Below, piece after piece: positions 1 through 6,705 of a DNA stretch of 20,000 nucleotides. The DNA comes from an uncultured virus (IMG/VR IMGVR_UViG_3300036761_004198). Lineage: Duplodnaviria > Heunggongvirae > Uroviricota > Caudoviricetes. Within the stretch, counting starts at the first letter, position 1. The number at the start of each line of letters is the position of its first letter. The notes under the pieces are model-generated. The model searched no databases and was not told the origin of the DNA. It saw only the letters and a list, made by a program, of their open reading frames with translations. The stretch lies in the IMG/VR virus record IMGVR_UViG_3300036761_004198; one strand, written 5' to 3'. The position numbers were made by a program, and so were the translations under genes.

Positions 1-1770
1 GTGCGCGCCGCTTCCCTGAATGAGCTTGTTCAGCGCCTTGTGCTCGTCACGGATCTCGCCGTTCTCGTCCAGCTCGAAGCGCACGCGGCGGTTGCCGAGC
101 GCGATGATGTACTTCTTGAACTTCGCGCTCTTGGTGCACATCCGCGCGAGCGCCTTGACGTACGGGACGCCGCGATCGAAGCGATCGATCTTGCCCTGCG
201 CCTCGGGCCCCGCCGCCTCGTAGGTGAACCCGGTGCGATCGTTCGTCTTCCACACCGTCGGCAGCTTGAGCTTCTTGGCGAGCTTGCCGCCGCCCATGCC
301 GTAGCAGCGACCGAGGTAGACCTCCTTGAGGTCATCGCGGAGCTGCTTGAGGTCCGTGTCCGTGGGCGTCTTGCACAGCTCGACCATGAGCTGGTACGGG
401 TCGAAGCACGGGTCATCGCGGAACGCGTTCCCCGCCTGCATCGATCCCGGCAGCTTGCACAGCTCCGCGAAGTGGACGGTCAGGCGCGGCTCCTGTTGTC
501 CGAGATCCGCCTTGAACCAGCGCTTCCCCTCGTCGGGAATGATCACCTTGCGCCAGCGCTTCTGGATCTCCTTGGAGCGCTTCATCTGTGCTTGGATGTT
601 CGGGTGCTTCGAGGCGCAACGCCCGAACCGCGCGCCGCTCGAGTCACCGTCCTCCTCACCGTTGTCCTCGTCCTCGTCGGAAGCGCCGACGAGCTGCTTG
701 AACGTCGGGTGGAGCCGATCCTTCACGAGGTGCTTGCGAAAACCTCCGACGTAGGTGCCGAGGAGCTTCGCGAACTCGCGGCCTACGATCACGGCCTTCG
801 AGACTTCGTCCGTCTGCTGCTGGAGCCACAGCTTGACGACCGAGAACATCTGCTTGCCCGTGCCGCCGTGCACCTTCGTCGGCACGTCGACGCCGTGCTT
901 CTTCAATGCACGGCCGACCTCGTCAGCGTTGCTGATCGATCCGATACGGATTCCCGTCAGCTCATGAATTCGATCGAGATACTCGCGTAGACGACCCTTC
1001 GCCCACGCCTCGACGCGATCCAACTCGTCGAGGTCGACACGAATCCCTCGACGTGTCATGCGCACGAGCGCCGGGGTCACCCTCGATTCGAGGTCGTACG
1101 TCTCGCGCAGGTTCTGCTCCTCGATCTCCTTCTCCTGCACGCGTAGAAGCGGCAGCGGTGCGAGCACGTCACCGATCGCGTAATTTCCGACCGCCCCGGC
1201 GTGCAGGCGCCAGAGGCCCGACTTCGGATCGATACCCCACGCCTTGGCGTGCTCACGGAGCTTGCTCTCGTCTTTGCCAACAAGGCCGCGCCGCGCGCAG
1301 ATCGCGTCGAGCCCGTACTTCTTCTGGAGCTCGTCGAGTAGCGGCTCGGCGACCTGCACGTCGCGGTGGAAGAGAACGTTGGTGAACTCGACCTTGTTCT
1401 CCCACAGGTAGTCGAGGTCGTAGGGCGCGGAGTTGAACACTGCCTCGCCGCCGAACGACTTCGCCTGGTCGTGGAGGTACGACCAGACGTGCTCGGCCGA
1501 CAGGTTGCCGCCACCCTCGTGCCGGATCGGCAGATAGTGTGCTGGACCATCCTCGATCGCGAACGCGACGCCGCACACGTAGCCGCCGCGGCGGACGCCG
1601 GGCCCCAGCTCGTAGATATGATCGTCTCGACACTCGACGTCGATGCAGATCCGCTTGGCATCAGTCCAAGCAGGCAGCTGCGAGACGGGCGTCGCCTTCC
1701 ACGTCAGCTCTGGCTCCCAGAGCGGCGCTTGAAGCCACCCGGAAGCCTTCTGGGCCTTCGTGGCGCTCAC
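1..1770 (-). CDS. polA: Phage family A DNA polymerase (3'-5' exonuclease + polymerase, no 5'-3' exonuclease); C-terminus runs off the left edge
   Basis: Hand translation, not in ORF track: open minus frame from GTG at 1770 to position 1 (590 codons). ExoI CIDVECRD, HYLPIRHEGGGNL, ExoII NSAPYDL, ExoIII YAIGD, RGIRVDL, GARFGRCASKHPNIQ, motif A ADLGQQEPR, motif B RDDLKEVYLGRCYGMG, HKALNKLIQGS. Confidence 0.96.
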   Translation of the reverse strand, partial: MSATKAQKASGWLQAPLWEPELTWKATPVSQLPAWTDAKRICIDVECRDDHIYELGPGVRRGGYVCGVAFAIEDGPAHYLPIRHEGGGNLSAEHVWSYLHDQAKSFGGEAVFNSAPYDLDYLWENKVEFTNVLFHRDVQVAEPLLDELQKKYGLDAICARRGLVGKDESKLREHAKAWGIDPKSGLWRLHAGAVGNYAIGDVLAPLPLLRVQEKEIEEQNLRETYDLESRVTPALVRMTRRGIRVDLDELDRVEAWAKGRLREYLDRIHELTGIRIGSISNADEVGRALKKHGVDVPTKVHGGTGKQMFSVVKLWLQQQTDEVSKAVIVGREFAKLLGTYVGGFRKHLVKDRLHPTFKQLVGASDEDEDNGEEDGDSSGARFGRCASKHPNIQAQMKRSKEIQKRWRKVIIPDEGKRWFKADLGQQEPRLTVHFAELCKLPGSMQAGNAFRDDPCFDPYQLMVELCKTPTDTDLKQLRDDLKEVYLGRCYGMGGGKLAKKLKLPTVWKTNDRTGFTYEAAGPEAQGKIDRFDRGVPYVKALARMCTKSAKFKKYIIALGNRRVRFELDENGEIRDEHKALNKLIQGSGAH

Positions 1771-1771
1771 G

Positions 1772-1960
1772 CTACGCCTCGCCTCCGAGGTCGATCCACG
1801 CGGCGTAGATCTCGCGCTCACGGCGATACAGCTCGCTTTGCAGCAGAGCGCGGATTCGCGCGGCGACCCGGCGGAGCGCGGGCTGCCCGTCGTACGTCGT
1901 GAGGACGGCGCGGATAGCCCGCGCGGTCTCCGCGCCGCTGCTCTGCTGCTGAGACGTCAC
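1772..1960 (-). CDS. Small hypothetical protein (62 aa, MTSQQQ...WIDLGGEA)
   Basis: GTG start overlaps the upstream TGA (GTGA); stop lies 1 nt before the polymerase start; its 3' end carries a GGAGG RBS for the polymerase. Confidence 0.7.
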   Translation of the reverse strand: MTSQQQSSGAETARAIRAVLTTYDGQPALRRVAARIRALLQSELYRREREIYAAWIDLGGEA

Positions 1961-2505
1961 GCCGCGGCCTCCTCGGCGTCGATGGAACCCCACGACACCG
2001 CGGGTGCCACTTCGCGCAGGATCTGCCGGGCGCGATCACGCGCCTTGGGATTCCAGAGCGCCGCGTTCCGGCCGCTTGGGTGCGGTAGTGACACGAGCGT
2101 CAGGCCCGGGCAGCACCCCCGCGTCGAGAACGGCACGATGTCCTCTTCGATCATCGCGGCGCGGCGCATCGCCTCGGTGACCTTGCGACCGAGCATGACG
2201 ATCACGGGGTGCGGAGAGAGCGGTACGAGCAGCTCGCTCGCGCGTGCTCGCGCACGCGGTGTGGACCACGTCCCGTCGCAAAGGTTCGCGCGGTGCAGAC
2301 CGAGGTACTGGTGCTGCGGCAGCCCGAGGATCCTGCGCAGGCGGTAACCAGCGCAGCCGACCGGGTAGCAGTAGAGCGAGAACGACGGATCTGATCCGTA
2401 CGGATTGTCTTCGCCGAGTAGAAGCACAGACGGTGGAACGTCTTCGCCGATAAGGGGCTCGCGCGAGACCCACTCGACCGTGGCGTCCTTGATCAGCTGC
2501 TCCAT
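1957..2505 (-). CDS. Uracil-DNA glycosylase superfamily protein
   Basis: Motifs LLLGEDNP, AGYRL, NLC, IVMLGRKV and LPHPSGRN in the UDG-superfamily order; ATG overlaps the upstream stop (TGATG). Confidence 0.8.
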   Translation of the reverse strand: MEQLIKDATVEWVSREPLIGEDVPPSVLLLGEDNPYGSDPSFSLYCYPVGCAGYRLRRILGLPQHQYLGLHRANLCDGTWSTPRARARASELLVPLSPHPVIVMLGRKVTEAMRRAAMIEEDIVPFSTRGCCPGLTLVSLPHPSGRNAALWNPKARDRARQILREVAPAVSWGSIDAEEAAA

Positions 2506-2771
2506 CACGACTTCCCTCCGTCCCACGAGTCGATCGCGCCGACGATCGCCTGCATCGCCGTGCTCGCGTCGATCTCATTGGATCGCCACTTGCCGACGAC
2601 CGCGAGCACCGCGCCCGCAGCCTCCAAGAGACGGCGGTGCGAGATCGTTCGTGCTTCGATCTCTGCGGCAAGCCTGGCGGCCAGATCCACGGGCAACTGC
2701 ATCAGCGCCTCACGACTCGCGGTCGCTTGCTGCACCGCGATCTTGAGACCTGCAACGTCAGCGTCTGTCAT
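2505..2771 (-). CDS. Hypothetical helical protein (88 aa, MTDADVAGLK...)
   Basis: TGATG coupling to the helicase stop and to the UDG start; the longer ORF-track version overlaps the helicase and is unlikely. Confidence 0.7.
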   Translation of the reverse strand: MTDADVAGLKIAVQQATASREALMQLPVDLAARLAAEIEARTISHRRLLEAAGAVLAVVGKWRSNEIDASTAMQAIVGAIDSWDGGKS

Positions 2772-4003
2772 CACACGACCACCGTCAGCGTCTTCGCCGC
2801 GCGCGTGATGGCGGTGTAGAGGTGCTTGGGCGCGTCCTTGCCGAACTGGCGGGACTCGTCGAAGATCAGGACGTCGTCGTACTGGGAGCCCTGCGCCGAG
2901 TGAGCAGTGATCGCCCACCCGTACGAAAACTCGTCGTGCTCTCGTCGATTGTGCCCGAGCAGCTCCTCCTCCCGCGCCATGAAGTGGTGCAGCCACGTCG
3001 AGCACTCGACGTGCTCGCGATCGTCCTCCGCGGAGCGGACCTCGATCTTGGCCGTCATCTTGTCCAGATCGGGCACGCAGTGATCGACCTTCCACGACGA
3101 GCCGTTGAGCAGGCCCAGCTCGTGGTTGTTGCGGCGACAGATCACGCGATCTCCCGGGACTGGCGAGGGCGACTCGCTGCGGCCGAGCAATCGCCGGATC
3201 TTCGTGTTCGACGCGTGACGCGTCCGGTTGCGGCCGACGATGATCATCTCGGCGTTGAGGGCGCGCTCTTCCAGCGACGGATCACCGTACCGGCGCACGT
3301 CGACGCCCTCGCCGGTGGGGCCGACCGGTAGCCGCTCGCCGCGACGTGCGAGGTCGGCGAGCCGCAAGATCGGGCTGTCGAGCGCCTGGCGGTGGATCTC
3401 GTCGATGTAGGCGTCCGGCTCGCGACCCGTGAAGTAGCCCGTGCCGTAGACCGGCGGCAACTGGTTCGGGTCGCCGATCACGAGGAGCTTGGTGCCGTAC
3501 GATTCCAGATCCTGGCCAACGTAGCGATCGACCATCGAGCACTCGTCGATGACGCCGACCGCTGCGCTCTTGAGATCACTCTCGAGGTTGAGCGAGAACC
3601 GCGGTCCCTTACGTTTGGACTCGTCCTCGGTGCGCTGGAGCTGCTCGACGAGCTTGTCGGCCGTCGCCTTGGCACCCGGCTCGTTCACCGCGTAAAGGCG
3701 CTTGATCTCCTCACGCAGCTTCTCGATCACTTCCGGCGACGGCGGATCACCCGCCGGCCGGTAGATCATCTGGTGGATCGTGCGGGCGGCGTTGCAGCCC
3801 TTGCGGCGCATGACGAGGGCCGCCTTGCCGGTTGGAGCGCCATATACGACGCGACCACGGACGTCGGCGACCGCGTACTTGGTGATCGTGCTCTTGCCGC
3901 TCCCCGCGGGGCCCGCGAGATAGAACGTCTGCTTACCGTTCGGATCGGCAAGCCACGCCGCGATCGCGTCGAGGGCCTTGGATTGTGTAGGAGAGAACTT
4001 CAC
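2771..4003 (-). CDS. Dda/RecD-like superfamily 1B DNA helicase
   Basis: Start GTG-KFSPTQSKA behind GAGGAGG; Walker A GPAGSGKS, APTGKAA, TIH, VIDECSMV, GDPNQLPPV, EIHRQ, AITAHSAQGSQYD, LYTAITRA. Confidence 0.95.
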   Translation of the reverse strand: MKFSPTQSKALDAIAAWLADPNGKQTFYLAGPAGSGKSTITKYAVADVRGRVVYGAPTGKAALVMRRKGCNAARTIHQMIYRPAGDPPSPEVIEKLREEIKRLYAVNEPGAKATADKLVEQLQRTEDESKRKGPRFSLNLESDLKSAAVGVIDECSMVDRYVGQDLESYGTKLLVIGDPNQLPPVYGTGYFTGREPDAYIDEIHRQALDSPILRLADLARRGERLPVGPTGEGVDVRRYGDPSLEERALNAEMIIVGRNRTRHASNTKIRRLLGRSESPSPVPGDRVICRRNNHELGLLNGSSWKVDHCVPDLDKMTAKIEVRSAEDDREHVECSTWLHHFMAREEELLGHNRREHDEFSYGWAITAHSAQGSQYDDVLIFDESRQFGKDAPKHLYTAITRAAKTLTVVV

Positions 4004-4251
4004 GCCACTCCCTCCTCGGGCGCTGAGGCGATCCGCTCGGCGTGCACGCCCTCGATCGGAGTCCCGATTGTCCCGACGCCAAGGAACGGCACCGTTGAAA
4101 CACAGGACTTGCCGATCCGCGCTCCGCAAGCTGGACACACAACGCCGGCCGCGGCGGGAAGACGCAAAGAGTGAACGGCGTCGCGTCCGCCTCCGCGCGC
4201 CCGCGGAGAATCGGCAGCTGACATCTTCGCTTGTTCGGGCGAAAACTTCAC
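4000..4251 (-). CDS. Small Zn-finger protein (CPACGA..G..C...H.ER); alternative start ATG at 4224
   Basis: CxxC...C...H pattern; GAGG RBS 5 nt before GTG at 4251; GTGA overlap with the helicase start. Confidence 0.7.
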   Translation of the reverse strand: MKFSPEQAKMSAADSPRARGGGRDAVHSLRLPAAAGVVCPACGARIGKSCVSTVPFLGVGTIGTPIEGVHAERIASAPEEGVA

Positions 4252-4256
4252 GAGCA

Positions 4257-4403
4257 CCTCAAGACAGGACTGAGGGCAACAGGAAAAGAAGAGGACCTCA
4301 CCGTCGACCTGTCACGACGGCAAGGCCCGCACGGCGGTATCGATCTCCTTTTCGCTACGCCGCCCTAGGGGCGGTATCGACGCCTTTGGAGATCTACGCC
4401 ACC
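4257..4403 (-). ncRNA. Candidate structured cis-regulatory RNA (leader of the Zn-finger/helicase/UDG/polymerase genes)
   Basis: 71-nt nested rod (4333..4403) with three helices and two identical CGUA/GAUA internal loops; hairpin 4301..4320; RBS-covering hairpin 4257..4275. G-U wobbles work on the minus strand only. Folded by eye. Confidence 0.5.
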
Positions 4404-4411
4404 AAAACGAA

Positions 4412-4624
4412 CTACGCCGCGAGCTTCGCGACCTCGTCGGCGGGCAAGCCCGCCTCGACGAGCTTCTTCTTGAGACGGTCGATCACTTCGTTGCGATCGC
4501 GGAGCTTGGCCTCGAGCACCTCGCGCGCGGCGTGGTGCTCCTTCTTCATCAGGTCATAGCCGGGAGAGCGCTGGAAGCGCTTGAGCTGCTTACGAGTGGC
4601 GGGATCGTACTTGGACGTATTCAC
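4412..4624 (-). CDS. Small basic coiled-coil hypothetical protein (70 aa)
   Basis: AAAAGGAA RBS before GTG; typical codon usage; heptad-like C-terminal half. Confidence 0.75.
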   Translation of the reverse strand: MNTSKYDPATRKQLKRFQRSPGYDLMKKEHHAAREVLEAKLRDRNEVIDRLKKKLVEAGLPADEVAKLAA

Positions 4625-4639
4625 GGGTCCGTTCCTTTT

Positions 4640-4725
4640 GCTCGATCGTCCTGCGATCGAGCGTCTCTATGTTTCAGGTGCCCGCACGATGGTCGATGCG
4701 GGAGGAGGGAGCAACTTTTTTGCTC
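4640..4725. promoter_or_regulatory. Three consecutive hairpins/inverted repeats downstream of the SSB gene
   Basis: GCTCGATCG-5nt-CGATCGAGC (4640..4662, perfect 9 bp); CCCGCACGA/TCGATGCGGG (4681..4702, one bulge); GAGCAA-5nt-TTGCTC (4709..4725). Confidence 0.45.
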
Positions 4726-4735
4726 GGGACGAGGC

Positions 4736-5635
4736 TCAGAACGGAACGCCGCTCTCGGGATCCTGACCGGGTTCCTGCTTGGTCGTCTCGTAGGCCGCCT
4801 TCGCGAGACCCGCGAGCACGTCGTCGTGGAGCTTCTTCGCCGCAACGTAGCGCGCGTCGTTCTTGGGCAGGAGCGAGTTCTTGAGATCGTCGCCGCCCTC
4901 GGCCGGCGAGAGTACCGGGACCTGGTACGTGTTCGTGGCCTTGGTCTCGGATTCCGAGGTCATCTTCACGCGGTGCGCGAAGATCGGGACCTGGCCCGGA
5001 TTGAGCTTCTTGCCGTTGATCGTCGGCGCGAAGTTACCGATCGCCGAGTTCCACGCGCGGTAGATCTTGATCTTCGTCGACACGAACGGGATCATCGCAA
5101 AGCCCTGGATCTCGCCGGTCTTGGCGTCGTACACGATGCCGTAGATCTCGAAGCTCTCGACCAGCTCGTGGGTGGGCTGGGGCTTCTGGGTCTTCGGATC
5201 GGGCGGCTGCGGCACGGCGAGCTTGCCGATCGCGCGACCGTCGTTGCGCGCGATCGCTTCGGCGACGATCTTGGCGTCCTTGCGGTGACGACCGCGGAAC
5301 CCGCCGCCGTCGTCGCGCGGGATCCACTCCGTCCAGCAGTGGTCGGTGATCGCCGGCACGAAGTAGACCTCTTCGTAGATCTCCTCGGTCACCGTGTTGC
5401 GGAACATGCCCGCCCACACCTTGCCCTTGCTCTCAGCGACCTCGGGCGAGTTCGACTGGAGCAGCTCGATGAGCGGCAGCTTCCGGTCGGACATGTCCTG
5501 GTTCTCGAAGCCCTGACCGGAGTCGTCGCCGTAGTCGAAAACCTCGATCGCCTGCGTCTCGGGCGGCGGCGTCATCGCCATCACCGGGGGCTGGTCCTTG
5601 CTTCCGTTCGCGCTTGCCTGTTGCTTGGTCGTCAT
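4736..5635 (-). CDS. Phage single-stranded DNA-binding protein (299 aa)
   Basis: ATG behind an A-rich leader with AAGGA; DYGDDSGQGFEN..D..LP.I.LLQSNSPEV N-terminal signature of SSB-like proteins in PolA/SNF2 phage modules; acidic-aromatic tail QDPESGVPF. Confidence 0.75.
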   Translation of the reverse strand: MTTKQQASANGSKDQPPVMAMTPPPETQAIEVFDYGDDSGQGFENQDMSDRKLPLIELLQSNSPEVAESKGKVWAGMFRNTVTEEIYEEVYFVPAITDHCWTEWIPRDDGGGFRGRHRKDAKIVAEAIARNDGRAIGKLAVPQPPDPKTQKPQPTHELVESFEIYGIVYDAKTGEIQGFAMIPFVSTKIKIYRAWNSAIGNFAPTINGKKLNPGQVPIFAHRVKMTSESETKATNTYQVPVLSPAEGGDDLKNSLLPKNDARYVAAKKLHDDVLAGLAKAAYETTKQEPGQDPESGVPF

Positions 5636-5672
5636 TTCCTTCGTTCCTTCCTTGTTCGTTGCTTCGTTTGTT

Positions 5673-5696
5673 AAAGGCCGCGCCGAAGCGCCGCCT
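5673..5696 (-). terminator. GC-rich hairpin with C(UUCG)G tetraloop and short U-run; weak terminator or mRNA-stabilising stem
   Basis: Minus strand AGGCGGCGC-TTCG-GCGCGGCCT-TT between two genes. Confidence 0.5.
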
Positions 5697-5708
5697 GAGA
5701 ACCGAGAG

Positions 5709-6335
5709 TTACTTTCGCGACAGCTTCGCGAGGCGCATGTCGAAGATGTTGAAATTCTCGCGCGGCACGATCGTGCCGTTGGCCACCAGCTCGCGGACGA
5801 GCGCGCCGAGCGTCGAGGCGTGCACATCCTTCTTGGCCTCGACCTCGAAGCCCTTGGCCCGCAGATCGACGACCAGCTCGTCGGCGCGGGTGTCCTCGCC
5901 ACGATCGAGCACGACCGAGACCTGGTTCTTGATCACGCCCCCGTGACCGTGCTCGATGAGCCAGCGCAGGGCGCCCATGCGCGCCTCGACGCGCTCGTGG
6001 CCGGGCAGTGACGCCTTGATCTCGCGCTTGACCTTGACCTGGATGCCAGAGGCCGTGGTGCACTCGTCGAGCCGCATCTTGCCGAGCAGCTCGGGGATGT
6101 CCTTGTTGAGGAGCTGCTCCTCGGCGGCCTTCAACTTCTGCGCGTGCTCCTCGGCCTTCTTGCGCTGCTCGGTGAGCCGCTCGGCCTGGAGCGTCAGCTT
6201 GTCCAGCTCGGCGAACGCGCGCGCGACCGCTTCCTGGTCCGGATCGGCATCGGCGCCGTAGTCGTAGAGGTCGGCCGTCGCAGTGGACGGGATAGCGATC
6301 TCGGCGAGGCGTGAGGTGTCAGCGGCGCGATCCAT
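5709..6335 (-). CDS. Conserved phage replication-module protein (coiled coil followed by DIPELL...ALRWL.EHGHGGVIKNQV...DVHASTL)
   Basis: Motif pattern I recognise from the uncharacterised gene usually found beside this SSB type in PolA/SNF2 phage modules; start uncertain (ATG 6335 chosen). Confidence 0.75.
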   Translation of the reverse strand: MDRAADTSRLAEIAIPSTATADLYDYGADADPDQEAVARAFAELDKLTLQAERLTEQRKKAEEHAQKLKAAEEQLLNKDIPELLGKMRLDECTTASGIQVKVKREIKASLPGHERVEARMGALRWLIEHGHGGVIKNQVSVVLDRGEDTRADELVVDLRAKGFEVEAKKDVHASTLGALVRELVANGTIVPRENFNIFDMRLAKLSRK

Positions 6336-6339
6336 GGAG

Positions 6340-6424
6340 AGACCCTCGCATGAGGGTCTGACGTCTTCGATCGACAGGTCCGACACGGGCTGCACCTGTA
6401 GCGAATTCGCGATCGATCCGTCAA
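6340..6424 (-). promoter_or_regulatory. Putative promoter and operator/hairpin for the replication operon
   Basis: TTGACG -35-like hexamer (6419..6424) with only a weak -10 (TACAGG, 18-nt spacer); perfect 8-bp inverted repeat AGACCCTC-4nt-GAGGGTCT (6340..6359) 4 nt before the ATG. Confidence 0.4.
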
Positions 6425-6501
6425 GCGGGAGCGTACGCGCACATCACGCGGTGATCGCGGAACTGATCGAGATCTCGCGGCTTCGCGCGCAGATCACAAC
6501 C

Positions 6502-6635
6502 TGTGGATGCCTGTGAACAAAGGCGCGTCCAAGGCGTTCGCGTCGTCGGGAGCACGCCCTGATTGCCTCGGGCAGATCCCGACCAGATCCCTGTGGAAAA
6601 GTCTGTGGACGGAGATCAAATCCCGGAGAGATCCC
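6502..6635 (-). repeat. Cluster of four DnaA-box-like 9-mers in two tandem pairs plus GGGATCT repeats
   Basis: Minus strand CCGTCCACA (6604..6612), TTTTCCACA (6592..6600, full match to TTWTNCACA), TTGTTCACA (6512..6520), GCATCCACA (6502..6510); GGGATCT at 6574, 6585 and 6629. Confidence 0.55.
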
Positions 6636-6705
6636 TGCCCTAACTTTTTCTGGCCGACTTCGATGCCCGTGCAGCCTCACGCGAATGTTTCACCGATCGC
6701 GCGTA

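Noticed and set aside
1..990. Long plus-strand ORFs (1..990, 4532..5674, 7354..8832, 11705..12784, 14213..15157 and others)
   Set aside because: Antisense shadows of minus-strand genes with clear motifs; expected in high-GC DNA; no recognisable domains.
1772..1800. C-terminal DLGGEA as a special peptide tag
   Set aside because: Explained by the embedded GGAGG RBS of the next gene; no second example in this window.
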